Under the pieces are notes generated by a model, which was not told the origin of the DNA, searched no databases, and was given only the letters and a program-made list of their open reading frames with translations. Below, piece by piece: positions 44,970 through 55,249 of a DNA stretch of 62,737 nt. Both the position numbers and the translations under genes were made by a program. The first letter of the stretch is position 1. Every line of letters starts with the position of its first letter. Source of the stretch: Candidatus Woesearchaeota archaeon (lineage in GTDB: Archaea; Nanobdellota; Nanobdellia; SCGC-AAA011-G17; UBA489); contig JABHVN010000002.1 of assembly GCA_018658265.1 (NCBI GenBank), positions 1 through 62,737 on the forward strand. Direction: 5' to 3'.

Positions 44970-46871
44970 CTATCTTAACCTAACATTCTCTAAGTTCTTT
45001 GGACAAGTAGTTTCTAATCTGTAACTCTTATGCATGCTAGAAGCTAAATCTAAACATCTGGAGCTCTCTCCATGTTGTACGATTACTTTCTTGGGCCTAG
45101 GGCTTAAATCCTTAACAAAATTCATTAATTCATTCCTACCTGCATGACCAGTAAAGTCGGTAATTGAATGGATGCCCATCTTAATCTCAACTTCTGAAGC
45201 TCTTCCTTCATCAGTAAAGATTATTTTTCTTTCACCATCTTGAATTCTTCTACCTAATGTTCCTTGACCTTGGTATGTAACCATAACTAAACTATTTCTA
45301 GCATTTCCTGCCATCTTTTTGAAATATTCTAAACTTGCACCAGCATTAAGCATTCCAGCAGTTGCTAAAATTATACAAGGTTCTTCATTTTCCATAATTT
45401 TTTCTTGTTCTTTTCTACTTCCAACTTTCTTGAAAACATCACTTAAGAAAGGATTTTCATCCTTATGATAAATCATTCTTCTCAAATCTTTATTCAAAAA
45501 GTCTGGATAAGCTGTATGAATTGCAGTAATGTCCCACACCATTCCTTGAACGTAAATAGGCATTTTCTTAATTTTTCCTTCACGCATTGCTGCTTCTAAA
45601 ACTAATAATAATTCTTGTGCTCTTCCAACACCTAAAACTGGAATCAAAGTTTTACCTTTATTCTTCCTAGTATCTTCAATAATCTTAACTAAATCTTCTT
45701 CAGCTTGTTCTCTAGAACCTAATACACTTTCTTTATTTCCATAAGTACTTTCAATCATTAAGGTTTCTAATCTTGGGAATTTAGTATGTGCTTTGTTCAA
45801 AACTCTAGTATCTAGATATTTCATATCGGCAGTGTACAAGAAATTATGTGCACCATTTCCAATATTCAAATGAGTCATAGAACTTCCTAAAATATGTCCT
45901 GAATTATAGAAAGTCATTCTAATATCCGGTGTAATATCTGTAACTTCTTCCCAATCTAAAGTAATAGTATGTTTAACCATTTCTTTTACATCTTGTATTT
46001 CGAATAAATTCTTCTTTGCTTGTTTAAATGAAACTCCAATTGCATCTAATGAAGATAATGCTGAGATATCTCTTGTAGGTTTAGTTGCATAAACTGGTCC
46101 TCTGAAACCCATCTTATACAAGAAAGGGATAAATCCACAGTGATCCATATGTGCGTGTGATAAAATAACTGCATCTAAATCAGATAACTTAAACTCAGGT
46201 GCATCTAAAAGTGGATAAGATCCAGGTCCTGCATCAATTCCAGGATTAATACCGCAATCTAAAAGCACATTACTTTCATTTGTTTGAAGCAAAATACAAC
46301 TTCTTCCTACTTGTCTACCTGCTCCAAGCATACTAACTCTAATCCAATCTTCTTTTTTCTTATCAGATTTAGCGCCATAAATGCTATGACCTACCTTGTT
46401 TAAGAATTTCTTTCTATAATCATTATTTTGATATAAAACACTTCTAATATTTTCAATAATTTGACTTTTAATAATTGGAGTTCTAATTACAACTGGAACC
46501 CACAAAGTTTTTTCTTTAATTTCTCTTAAAATTTCCCCTTGTTTGCCTATTACAGATCCTGGCTTTTCAGCTTCAATCATTACAATAGATCTTTGAGGAT
46601 CAAAAATAACATTTGTTACAACTGCATCCTTAGGTGCAAGCTTTTTAATTTCTTTTTCTGCCTTTTCTATTTCCATACATAAGCTTGGATCAGGTCTTAA
46701 TTCAATTCTTTTCTTTACTTTTTGAACAACTTTTCTAATGGTATCTCCTTTATTCAAAAAGAAATCCTTACTAGTTGTGTAAATAATAATATTTGCACCT
46801 TCAAAATAGGTGTCACTAACCTTAGCCTCGCTAGGTAGTTCTTTTAATATTTCTGCTATAATGTCTGCCAT
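44970..46871 (-). CDS. aCPSF1 (FttA) beta-CASP ribonuclease with N-terminal KH domains
   Basis: KH-like N-terminus (GSVIGKQG), metallo-beta-lactamase motif HAHMDHCG, beta-CASP region, 633 aa. Confidence 0.93.
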   Translation of the reverse strand: MADIIAEILKELPSEAKVSDTYFEGANIIIYTTSKDFFLNKGDTIRKVVQKVKKRIELRPDPSLCMEIEKAEKEIKKLAPKDAVVTNVIFDPQRSIVMIEAEKPGSVIGKQGEILREIKEKTLWVPVVIRTPIIKSQIIENIRSVLYQNNDYRKKFLNKVGHSIYGAKSDKKKEDWIRVSMLGAGRQVGRSCILLQTNESNVLLDCGINPGIDAGPGSYPLLDAPEFKLSDLDAVILSHAHMDHCGFIPFLYKMGFRGPVYATKPTRDISALSSLDAIGVSFKQAKKNLFEIQDVKEMVKHTITLDWEEVTDITPDIRMTFYNSGHILGSSMTHLNIGNGAHNFLYTADMKYLDTRVLNKAHTKFPRLETLMIESTYGNKESVLGSREQAEEDLVKIIEDTRKNKGKTLIPVLGVGRAQELLLVLEAAMREGKIKKMPIYVQGMVWDITAIHTAYPDFLNKDLRRMIYHKDENPFLSDVFKKVGSRKEQEKIMENEEPCIILATAGMLNAGASLEYFKKMAGNARNSLVMVTYQGQGTLGRRIQDGERKIIFTDEGRASEVEIKMGIHSITDFTGHAGRNELMNFVKDLSPRPKKVIVQHGESSRCLDLASSMHKSYRLETTCPKNLENVRLR

Positions 46872-46922
46872 TTTAATATTTCTTGGGTGTACTCTCGTAC
46901 AATAAAACTAATTAGAATAAAT

Positions 46923-47579
46923 TTAACAAGTGATCTTTGTGTTCAACTTTTCTGCAAATACTTTTTTGACTCCTTGTTTTGTTATGGTGTAAACATCTAT
47001 TCCCTCACCAGTTGCAGTGTCTCTCTGCATTGCCGCGTTAATTGCTTTAACTGCTAGCTTTACTGCATCATTTACTTTCATGTCTTTTTTATGAAGTGTA
47101 TCTAAAACTCCAAAAGCCATCATAAATCCGCTTCCGTCAGTAACGTAATCATCGTGTTCTAAAACACTTCCATCAACACCAATGTCGAATAAGTGGAATC
47201 CGTCTTTATCTGCACCACCTAATAAAAATCCAGTGATACCCATAATTGGACTCATTCTTCTAATATTTTGATAAACTATTGAACCTAGCATGCTGGATGT
47301 TTCGGTTACATTTGCATCTTTTCCAGTTCTATATTTTTTTAATCTTAATTCTGCTGTAATCAATTTTGAAATTAGTTGAGCATCTGAAACAACACCTGCC
47401 ATAGTTACGGCTATATTGTCTGCAATAGGATATACTTTTTCAACTGTCTTGTTACTAATAATTCTTCCACCTAAGGTAGCTCGCTTATCAGCTGCAAGAA
47501 CAATACCATCAGAACATTTAATTCCAACTGTAGTGGTTCCTTTCTTTGTGTGTTCTTTTAAATCGTCATTCACGCTCAT
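46923..47579 (-). CDS. psmB: Proteasome beta subunit
   Basis: Propeptide followed by GTTTVGIK (catalytic Thr), GSG, 218 aa. Confidence 0.93.
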   Translation of the reverse strand: MSVNDDLKEHTKKGTTTVGIKCSDGIVLAADKRATLGGRIISNKTVEKVYPIADNIAVTMAGVVSDAQLISKLITAELRLKKYRTGKDANVTETSSMLGSIVYQNIRRMSPIMGITGFLLGGADKDGFHLFDIGVDGSVLEHDDYVTDGSGFMMAFGVLDTLHKKDMKVNDAVKLAVKAINAAMQRDTATGEGIDVYTITKQGVKKVFAEKLNTKITC

Positions 47580-47662
47580 TAGATTTCACCAAATGTGTAT
47601 TCAGAATAGATTAGTAATCTTTAACCAGTTTATAAAACTTTCTGTACCCATATCCCTCCAAA

Positions 47663-48667
47663 TTATAAAGGTTTTTTGTTTGCCCAGATTTCAAAGTCAT
47701 CCCAATACATCTGAAGGGTTTTGTCGTTTTCAGACATATAATCAATTAAATCATCTGAAGTATATAGTTTCATAGGATTAAATCTATTGAATCCGTCTGG
47801 GCAAGGATCATTTGGATGATAGGTATATCCAGTAATGTCAAAAATAGTTTTCTTATTTCCAGATTCATCAGTAACCTTGAACACAAATCTCCCTTCGGTT
47901 TCGTTTCCCTCTACAAGATAGGTTTCAATTGTTATCCATTGATTATTAGGCACAGCATATTCTTTATTTATAGAATCCCATATATTGTTCCACTTTCCTT
48001 TCTCTTTAGTTTGAGCATGAGTTCCAAAGTACAAATTACCATTTCCTGAAACTGTTTTTCTTAGATTTAATGTTACTCTAAATGGGAATTTTTTGCCAGT
48101 TGCATCATTCCAAAATTCTTGAAGAGTCAACCAATTTATTTTTTTAGGATATGATTCAAGTTGTTCGAAATCATCGGATAAGAACACCCTTTGTTTCATG
48201 TAAAAGGAACGCAAATTGTTATTATTAACTATACTAGCTTGAATTCTTCCTTTTTTCTTAATTACATCATAATTAATATGTGGCTCATTCATCCAAAAGT
48301 GAAGCACTTTATTATTCGAATTAAATGGATCATCAATAATTCTTGCATATCTTTGAGATGCATCTCCTTCTTCATACCATATATTAAAATTACCAAATAA
48401 AGGATGTTCACTAAAGCTTTTTTTCCAGTTATTATGTGATGGAAAACTTGTATCTATGCCAGTTATCTTTTCATGAGCGTTGTTAGGAGATCCAACAGAA
48501 CCACCTTCAAAACCTGATTGGAATACAAGACCTTCTTCTAAAAATTCATTTTCAGTAGAACAGTTATTATTTCCTTTTTTAGAACCTGTATTGAAAAAGA
48601 ATGCAAAAATAACTAACAAAATAATAATGCTTAATATAATTTTAAAACTTGAATTTTTTAAACCCAT
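47663..48667 (-). CDS. Secreted jelly-roll protein, polysaccharide-lyase-like
   Basis: N-terminal anchor or signal. HFWMNEPH, GRIQASI, WLTLQEFW, RVTLNLRK and WITIETYLVEGNETEGRFVFKV resemble the concanavalin-like polysaccharide-lyase pattern; weak. Confidence 0.45.
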   Translation of the reverse strand: MGLKNSSFKIILSIIILLVIFAFFFNTGSKKGNNNCSTENEFLEEGLVFQSGFEGGSVGSPNNAHEKITGIDTSFPSHNNWKKSFSEHPLFGNFNIWYEEGDASQRYARIIDDPFNSNNKVLHFWMNEPHINYDVIKKKGRIQASIVNNNNLRSFYMKQRVFLSDDFEQLESYPKKINWLTLQEFWNDATGKKFPFRVTLNLRKTVSGNGNLYFGTHAQTKEKGKWNNIWDSINKEYAVPNNQWITIETYLVEGNETEGRFVFKVTDESGNKKTIFDITGYTYHPNDPCPDGFNRFNPMKLYTSDDLIDYMSENDKTLQMYWDDFEIWANKKPL

Positions 48668-48762
48668 GTAGAAGATTAACCTTTAATCCCATTTAAAAAT
48701 GTTATCTCTTCTTAGGAGCACATCTTGTAAGTGTACCTGGAATCCTCTTATCACAAGAAATT

Positions 48763-49104
48763 TTAACTCAAGTTCTCAAATGCATCTTTGGCAAATATAA
48801 CTGCAACAAGAACACATACGGCAAAAAGAGGTAATAAAGCAACTTGCGCAACTGTAACCATTCCGCCAACATAAGCTTCTAAACCAGTACTAGCAAAGAA
48901 ATTTGGAGCTGCTTCTTTAGACAAAGATAGAACATCGATACCCTTGATAATTGCCATCATCAATAATCCAAAAATAAGTGCGTTAACACTATTCTCAAAA
49001 GCACTTCGCTCATACTCTCTATTTCTAACTAATAATATTAAAGATAAAACTACTAATGCTAGTGTTAACACGTCCAACATAAATACTGTATTACTTACGG
49101 CCAT
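48763..49104 (-). CDS. Small 3-TM membrane protein
   Basis: Three hydrophobic helices; 14-nt overlap with the upstream gene. Confidence 0.5.
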   Translation of the reverse strand: MAVSNTVFMLDVLTLALVVLSLILLVRNREYERSAFENSVNALIFGLLMMAIIKGIDVLSLSKEAAPNFFASTGLEAYVGGMVTVAQVALLPLFAVCVLVAVIFAKDAFENLS

Positions 49105-50458
49105 TCTTACTCCTTACTTTCTTTTTTGCAGAATAAACTTTTTCGGAAACTATTTCTCCAAAATCTTTATCAGACCTATCTTTAGTAGGTTCTTCTAATT
49201 GTTTATTTAATCTAACTTGAAGTATACTCACTTCTTTATTCTTTCTTGCTATTCTTCTTTCAAGAGCGTCAATATCTCTTTTCCTTCTAGAAAGTCTTGC
49301 TTCAAAAGTATTTAATTCTGATTCCCTATTAACTAATTCCGCCTTACTTTTCAAATATGAATCTTTTACACGTTCTGTTTTCTTCTCTCTACGAATAATT
49401 TCAGAACTATCCTCTACAAATTCTACTTGGTTCTTCTTCAAAACTCTTTCATCCTTTGCAAATTGTTTCTTTAATATCTGTAAATTATCCATTGATTCAT
49501 TAATCTCTGATTCTTTAATCCTAAGTTTTGAAAATCTTGCTTCAACTTCTTTCTCTCTTTTTTCCATTAATTTAATTCTAGGATTGAAATTTTTCTCTCT
49601 TCTTGTAACATCCCTCTTTAAGCTTCCTAACTCTGTTTTAGCAATATCTAGTTTTCTTTCTCTATCTTCAATTTCCTTAATTGCGTTATCCCTAACTTCG
49701 GACAAAACTTCTTTTGTTTTTTTAGAAATATCTGATTTTTGAGATCTAACTGAAATTTCTAAATCTTTTTTTCTTTTCTTAACTTCTGAAATTTTCAATT
49801 CTAAATATTTTTCACGCTTAGTAATATTATTCCCTTTCTTTTCTAAATCTTTTTTAGAATCAATTATTTTACTTAATTCAACATTAACTGATCTTGATTT
49901 TTCTTCAGAGTTTTTCTGATTTTTCTTAATGAAATCACTTAATTCATTATTTATTTTTAATTTTTCATCAATTGCTTTCTCTTTAGCCTTCAAAACTTTC
50001 ATTTCTTTTAACTTTTCAGAACTAAATTTCTTTTTCTCTTTGGCAATTTTCACTTCTGTTTCTTTTAATTTTTTAATCTCTGGTAAAACAATTTTTTTTG
50101 CAAATTCATACTTAATTGGATGTTTTTGAGCACCCTTCATCATGTCTTTCAAATCCTTAACTCTTTCAGCACTATTTTTTTTATCGAACTTAAACAATAC
50201 AATGAACATTATTAAGAAAATTAATGCTAATAAGAAACTATTTCCTACCCTGGCAATATCTTCAGAGAAAAAAGTGAGATTACCAACAATAAATGGTAAG
50301 ATTGCTAAAACCATTATAGTATAGACCCTATTTATTCTCAAAGAATCCAAACCTTCCTCACCCCTATTCTTTCTTAGTAATAGCCACATAAAGGCTGCAA
50401 CGAATAGTAGTAGAACTGTTACATATCTTTGGACAGGAATTAATACTTCAGGTATCAT
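49091..50458 (-). CDS. Membrane-anchored K/E-rich coiled-coil protein
   Basis: Three N-terminal TM helices followed by ~330 aa of heptad-like K/E/R-rich sequence. Confidence 0.6.
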   Translation of the reverse strand: MIPEVLIPVQRYVTVLLLFVAAFMWLLLRKNRGEEGLDSLRINRVYTIMVLAILPFIVGNLTFFSEDIARVGNSFLLALIFLIMFIVLFKFDKKNSAERVKDLKDMMKGAQKHPIKYEFAKKIVLPEIKKLKETEVKIAKEKKKFSSEKLKEMKVLKAKEKAIDEKLKINNELSDFIKKNQKNSEEKSRSVNVELSKIIDSKKDLEKKGNNITKREKYLELKISEVKKRKKDLEISVRSQKSDISKKTKEVLSEVRDNAIKEIEDRERKLDIAKTELGSLKRDVTRREKNFNPRIKLMEKREKEVEARFSKLRIKESEINESMDNLQILKKQFAKDERVLKKNQVEFVEDSSEIIRREKKTERVKDSYLKSKAELVNRESELNTFEARLSRRKRDIDALERRIARKNKEVSILQVRLNKQLEEPTKDRSDKDFGEIVSEKVYSAKKKVRSKNGRK

Positions 50459-50591
50459 GTTTTTTTATCACCACTATAAAGTGTTATCAAATTTACATCT
50501 AAGAATATATAAAAGTATCTGAGATTTGTTTATAAAACAGTTAGTTTCAATCAACATATTTAAAAGTGGACTAAAAAGCAAATTTGTTAAA

Positions 50592-51299
50592 ATGTCTGAA
50601 GAAGTAACATTTCCAAACCATATAGGAATTATTATTGACGGAAATAGAAGATTTGCTAAAAAACTTATGTTAAAACCTTGGCAAGGTCATGAGATGGGTG
50701 CAAAAAAATTAGAAAAAGTTCTAGAATGGTGCCAAGAAAGCAACATAAAACAATTAACAATTTATGGTCTTTCTGTTGAAAATCTTAGCAGACCTAAAGA
50801 AGAACTAAGCCATTTAATGAAGATCTTTAAAGATACATTTGAGAAATATATAAATGATCCAAAAATAGAAGAAAATGAAGTACAAATAAATTTTGTAGGT
50901 AATCTCCATTTACTTCCAGAAGATTTACAAGAATCAATTAAGATTTTAGAGTTAAAAACAAAAAATCATTCAAAATACATCCTTAACATTGCAATGGCTT
51001 ATGGAGGAAGAGATGAAATAATCAACGCTACTAAAAATATTTCTAAAGATATCGAAGAAAATAAAATAAAATCTTCAGATATAACCAAAGAATTATTCGA
51101 ATCATATCTTTCTATCAAGGGAGAACCAGACTTCATTATAAGAACTGGGGGAGATATCAGATCTTCTAATTTCCTATGTTATCAGTCAGCTTATTCTGAA
51201 TGGTTTTATTTGGAAAAAACTTGGCCAGAGTTTGAAAAAGAAGACCTCACCAAGTGCATAGAAGAATTCTCTAAACGAAAACGTAGATTTGGCAAATAG
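50592..51299 (+). CDS. uppS: cis-prenyltransferase (undecaprenyl/dolichyl diphosphate synthase family)
   Basis: HIGIIIDGNRRFAKK, AMAYGGRDEI, RTGG..RSSNFL. Start moved from the TTG at 50526 to the ATG at 50592, which gives the canonical N-terminus. Confidence 0.9.
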   Translation: MSEEVTFPNHIGIIIDGNRRFAKKLMLKPWQGHEMGAKKLEKVLEWCQESNIKQLTIYGLSVENLSRPKEELSHLMKIFKDTFEKYINDPKIEENEVQINFVGNLHLLPEDLQESIKILELKTKNHSKYILNIAMAYGGRDEIINATKNISKDIEENKIKSSDITKELFESYLSIKGEPDFIIRTGGDIRSSNFLCYQSAYSEWFYLEKTWPEFEKEDLTKCIEEFSKRKRRFGK

Positions 51300-51338
51300 C
51301 ATCAAAAACTATATATAGACAACATCTACAATCTAATT

Positions 51339-53033
51339 ATGACAAAAGAGATATTTAGCGACCATACACTAAACTTAATGAAAGGTTTTGTTCTAGAAAA
51401 TTTAGAAAAGTATGGCGAAGCTAATGCAAAAGCAATTTTAGGCAGATTACTGGGTTCAAATCCAGACCTTAAAACAAAAATAAAAGAATTAAATCAAGAA
51501 ATAAATGAAGTAATAATTAATTTCTCAGGATTATCTAAAGAAGAATTCAAAGAGTTACATTCGAAATACACTGCACATCTAACAAAGATGCCCGCTAAAG
51601 AAAAGAGAAAAGGTCTACCAAAACTAAAAGAAACAGATAGAGATTATTGTCTTAGATTTTCACCTTCTCCCTCTGGCCCATTGCATATTGGACACTCCAT
51701 GCCGTTATTGTTAAACAGTGAATATGCAAAAAAGTACAATGGCAAGTGCATTCTTAGGCTAGAAGATACAAACCCTTCAGGAATTTCATTAGAAGCATAC
51801 AAAACATTACAAGAAGATGCTAAGTGGCTCACACAAAATAACATTACAGAAGTAATTGTTCAATCTGAAAGAATAGATCTATATTACAAATACGCAAACG
51901 AACTAATCTCTAAAGGTCATGCATATGTTTGTCAATGTCCTTCAGAAGAATGGAAAGAAACTGTTTCAAACAAAGAAGATTGTCCATGTAGAAATTTAAC
52001 AATTGATCAACAAAAAGAAAGATGGCAAGGAATGTTAACAGATTTTGAAGAAGGTTCATCTGTACTTAGAATTAAAACAAATATGCAACATAAGAACCCT
52101 GCAATAAGAGATTGGCCAGCATTTAGAATAACGGAAGAAGAACATCCACTAGTAGGTAAAAAGTATAGGGTATGGCCTCTAATGAACTTTTCAGTAGCAA
52201 TAGACGACCATGAATCTGAATTAACACATGTTATTCGTGGAAAAGATCATTTAACCAATGCGGAAAGACAGGCATACATTTTCAAATATTTCAATTGGTT
52301 TATTCCCGAATATATTCACACAGGTAGAATTAATTTTGAAGGAATAAAAGTTTCGGCATCACAATTTTGTAAAGATATTGAAGATAAAAAATACACTGGA
52401 AGAGATGACTCCAAACTCCCAACAGTTGCAGCTTTCAAAAGAAGAGGAATCAATGCAGAAGCATTCATACAATATACTCATGAAGTTGGACCTTCAAAGG
52501 TAGACAAAACAGTTTCCTATGAAGAGTTCATGAAAGCAATTTATGCATACAACAGAACAATTATCGAACCCAAAGCAAACAGATATTTTATTATTGAAGA
52601 TCCAATTGAAATTGAAGTAAATAATATTCCTGATAACATCAAGGCAGAAATTCCATTACATCCAAACTTTCCAGAAAGGGGAGTAAGAAAATTCAAAAAA
52701 TCAAGTAAATTCTTTGTAGAAAAGAAAGAGGATATCCAAGACAAAAATTACAGATTGATGCATTTATGTAATTTCTCAGGAAAAGATTTCAATTTCATAT
52801 CTCAGAATCCAGATAAAGAACTAAAGACAAAAACAGTTCACTGGCTTCCAACAAATGAAGAAAATATCAAAGTTCTAGTAAAGACCCCTCATGGGAATGA
52901 CATTAAAGCCATTGGAGAACCAGCTTTAAAGCATATTAAAGAAAATGACATAGTTCAATTCGAAAGAAAATTCTTCGCAAAATTCGATTCTATGGAAGGA
53001 GACACATATGTCTTCTATGAGACCCATAAATAA
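51339..53033 (+). CDS. gltX: Glutamyl-tRNA synthetase (archaeal type)
   Basis: RFSPSPSGPLHIGH (HIGH), KVSAS (KMSKS-like), 564 aa. Confidence 0.92.
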   Translation: MTKEIFSDHTLNLMKGFVLENLEKYGEANAKAILGRLLGSNPDLKTKIKELNQEINEVIINFSGLSKEEFKELHSKYTAHLTKMPAKEKRKGLPKLKETDRDYCLRFSPSPSGPLHIGHSMPLLLNSEYAKKYNGKCILRLEDTNPSGISLEAYKTLQEDAKWLTQNNITEVIVQSERIDLYYKYANELISKGHAYVCQCPSEEWKETVSNKEDCPCRNLTIDQQKERWQGMLTDFEEGSSVLRIKTNMQHKNPAIRDWPAFRITEEEHPLVGKKYRVWPLMNFSVAIDDHESELTHVIRGKDHLTNAERQAYIFKYFNWFIPEYIHTGRINFEGIKVSASQFCKDIEDKKYTGRDDSKLPTVAAFKRRGINAEAFIQYTHEVGPSKVDKTVSYEEFMKAIYAYNRTIIEPKANRYFIIEDPIEIEVNNIPDNIKAEIPLHPNFPERGVRKFKKSSKFFVEKKEDIQDKNYRLMHLCNFSGKDFNFISQNPDKELKTKTVHWLPTNEENIKVLVKTPHGNDIKAIGEPALKHIKENDIVQFERKFFAKFDSMEGDTYVFYETHK

Positions 53034-53654
53034 CTAAACATCTTTAATTTTTTTAGCCCTTACAATTAAAATTTCTCCAAATGATACAGGAGTAAGAGAT
53101 AATGGCCAGATTTTTTTACTATGGAATATTATCCCATTTGTTTTTTTACCTGTAATTTCAAAACCACTAACTGCTAGAAGTTTTTTTAAATAACCAAAAT
53201 TAAAATCTTTAACATGTGTTTGAAAATCTTCACATCCATCTTCTCTTGCCATTGCGCAATATTCGGGCATCAATCCCAATAAAACACGAAATCTATTTTT
53301 TAATGAAGCTACATTTGGTGTAGAGATAATAACTTCGCCACCAATTTTTAAAACCGAATTACACTTCTTTAGAAAACTAACAGGGCTAATCATATGTTCA
53401 ATTAATTCTCCCGCAATAACTGTATCCACAGCATTACTCTTTAAGGGAATTTTATCTTTATTTAAATCGCAAACGATAGTTGGCTTAAGATGTTTGAAGC
53501 CATCAAGAGTAATAAGTTTGCCAATATTCAATCCATTAGATATTGCATTTTCACCAACACCCATATCTAAAACAGTTTTTTTAGAAACGTCATCAATTAA
53601 TTCCCTCATTTTCAAAAATCTAAGACGGGTCTGTATATTGAATTCATCTTCCAT
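53034..53654 (-). CDS. Class I SAM-dependent methyltransferase
   Basis: Motif I VLDMGVGEN and post-I acidic residue; 206 aa. Confidence 0.75.
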   Translation of the reverse strand: MEDEFNIQTRLRFLKMRELIDDVSKKTVLDMGVGENAISNGLNIGKLITLDGFKHLKPTIVCDLNKDKIPLKSNAVDTVIAGELIEHMISPVSFLKKCNSVLKIGGEVIISTPNVASLKNRFRVLLGLMPEYCAMAREDGCEDFQTHVKDFNFGYLKKLLAVSGFEITGKKTNGIIFHSKKIWPLSLTPVSFGEILIVRAKKIKDV

Positions 53655-53787
53655 TTATCCAAAACCACCAAATTCATTTAAATAAGTTTCTTATACTTCC
53701 AAATCCGATAAAAACACCTACCCAAATCTTTAAAAACCTAAATCGAACGATTTAGTCTATTAACAATCCTATCAGGAGGAAAAACCA

Positions 53788-54297
53788 ATGACTGACGAAA
53801 ATATAACAAATAAAGCATATGAAGCTATTGAATTAGCAGCAAAAACAGGTAAAATAAAGAAAGGTACCAATGAAGTTACCAAAGCAATCGAAAGAGGAGT
53901 TGCAAAATTAGTTCTAGCAGCAGCAGACGTAAATCCTGCAGAAGTTATTCTTCACTTAGAACCTCTTTGTAAAGAAAAAGGAACTCCTTTTGTAAAAGTT
54001 CCAAGCAGAGAAGAGCTAGGAGCAGCAGCCGGTTTAGGAATAACCACTTCAAGTGTTGCAATTATAGAACCTGGAGAGTCTACAGGAGTAATTAAAGAAA
54101 TTACAAAAGAATTAGCTCCAAAGGAAAAGCCTAAGGAAGAAGCTCCTAAAGAAAAAGTAGCTGAAAAGAAAGCACCTAAGGAAGAAGTTAAGGCTGAAAA
54201 GAAAGAAGAGCCTAAAGCTGAAGCAACTCCAAAGGAAGAGCCAGAAGCTAAAGAAGAAAAGGCAGCGGAAGAAGCACCTGTAGAAAAGAAGGAATAA
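53788..54297 (+). CDS. rpl7ae: Ribosomal protein L7Ae with a ~60-aa Lys/Glu/Pro/Ala-rich C-terminal extension
   Basis: GGAGG 8 nt upstream; core [23 protein letters not shown]; tail from about 54109 with reiterated PKE units. Confidence 0.92.
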   Translation: MTDENITNKAYEAIELAAKTGKIKKGTNEVTKAIERGVAKLVLAAADVNPAEVILHLEPLCKEKGTPFVKVPSREELGAAAGLGITTSSVAIIEPGESTGVIKEITKELAPKEKPKEEAPKEKVAEKKAPKEEVKAEKKEEPKAEATPKEEPEAKEEKAAEEAPVEKKE

Positions 54298-54301
54298 TCA
54301 A

Positions 54302-54574
54302 ATGGCCGAAGATAAAAAACAAACTGAAAAGAAGAAAACCTCGGGAGTAGCATTCACAAATGCTTATCCAGCAGAAGTACAAGAAATTGTAGGAAGAACT
54401 GGAACAAGAGGAGGAATTACTCAAGTTAGAGCTAAGGTTCTAGATGGTAATGACAAAAATAAAATCTTAAGAAGAAATGTTAAAGGCGCTATTGCAGTTA
54501 AAGACATTATTATGCTAAGAGAAACTGAAATTGAAGCAAGATCATTAAGAGTTTCTAAAAGAGGAAAGAGATAA
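54302..54574 (+). CDS. rps28e: Ribosomal protein S28e with an N-terminal extension
   Basis: [32 protein letters not shown] core preceded by ~25 extra residues. Confidence 0.9.
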   Translation: MAEDKKQTEKKKTSGVAFTNAYPAEVQEIVGRTGTRGGITQVRAKVLDGNDKNKILRRNVKGAIAVKDIIMLRETEIEARSLRVSKRGKR

Positions 54575-54744
54575 TGGCTAAATGTACTTTTTGTGGAAAA
54601 GAAATTGAAATCGGTACAGGAACATTATACATTAAAGACGATTCTAAGATGTTTAATTTTTGCACATTAAAGTGTAAGAAAAACCATTTAAAATTAAAGA
54701 GAAACCCGGTTCATACTAGATGGACATTAAGATTCAAAAAATGA
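54574..54744 (+). CDS. rpl24e: Ribosomal protein L24e (56 aa; absent from the ORF track, probably because it is under 60 aa)
   Basis: My translation: [57 protein letters not shown]-x2-C..C-x3-C zinc-ribbon pattern; the ATG overlaps the S28e TAA (TAATG). Confidence 0.88.
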   Translation: MAKCTFCGKEIEIGTGTLYIKDDSKMFNFCTLKCKKNHLKLKRNPVHTRWTLRFKK

Positions 54745-55235
54745 TTGAAAGAACTCTAGTCCTAATCAAACCTGATGGAGTAGAGAGAGGTCTAATCGGT
54801 GAATGTATCAAAAGATTTGAACAAAGGGGTTTCAAAATAATTGGTATGAAAATGGTCTGGACAGACAAAGATCATGCAATGAGGCATTACACCGAAGACA
54901 TTGCAAAAAGAAATGGTGAACACGTTAGAAATTATCTTTTAGAGTTTATTACTTCTGGACCAGTTGTAGCAATGGTAATTGAAGGAGTTAATGCTATTGA
55001 AAACATTAGAAAATTAGTAGGTTCAACAGAACCAAAATCAGCAATCCCTGGAACAATTAGAGGCGACTTTACACATGTAAGTTATGAATATGCAGACTCT
55101 AAAAAAATTGTTGTTAAAAATTTAATTCATGCTTCATCTGATAAAACTGATGCAGATACTGAAGTACATTTATGGTTCAACGATAATGAGCTTCATGGAT
55201 ATGATCTAACCCACGATAAGCATATAAAGGAATAA
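54741..55235 (+). CDS. ndk: Nucleoside diphosphate kinase
   Basis: MIERTLVLIKPDGVERGLIGE, catalytic His in NLIHASD. Start placed at the ATG at 54741 (ATGA overlap with the L24e stop), not at 54720. Confidence 0.92.
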   Translation: MIERTLVLIKPDGVERGLIGECIKRFEQRGFKIIGMKMVWTDKDHAMRHYTEDIAKRNGEHVRNYLLEFITSGPVVAMVIEGVNAIENIRKLVGSTEPKSAIPGTIRGDFTHVSYEYADSKKIVVKNLIHASSDKTDADTEVHLWFNDNELHGYDLTHDKHIKE

Positions 55236-55249
55236 TTTCTAATACATTT

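Noticed and set aside
50526-50591. TTG or alternative upstream starts proposed by the ORF track for uppS (50526); the same issue affects ndk (54720) and eif2g (60669)
   Set aside because: Downstream ATGs at 50592, 54741 and 60717 give canonical N-termini. They fit stop/start overlaps (ndk) or a TATA-like box (eif2g). The upstream extensions have no homology-like sequence.
53952-54353. Minus-strand 133-aa ORF
   Set aside because: It is antisense to the repetitive K/E/P tail of L7Ae and to the S28e start; its low-complexity Ser/Phe/Ala translation is an artefact of the repeat.
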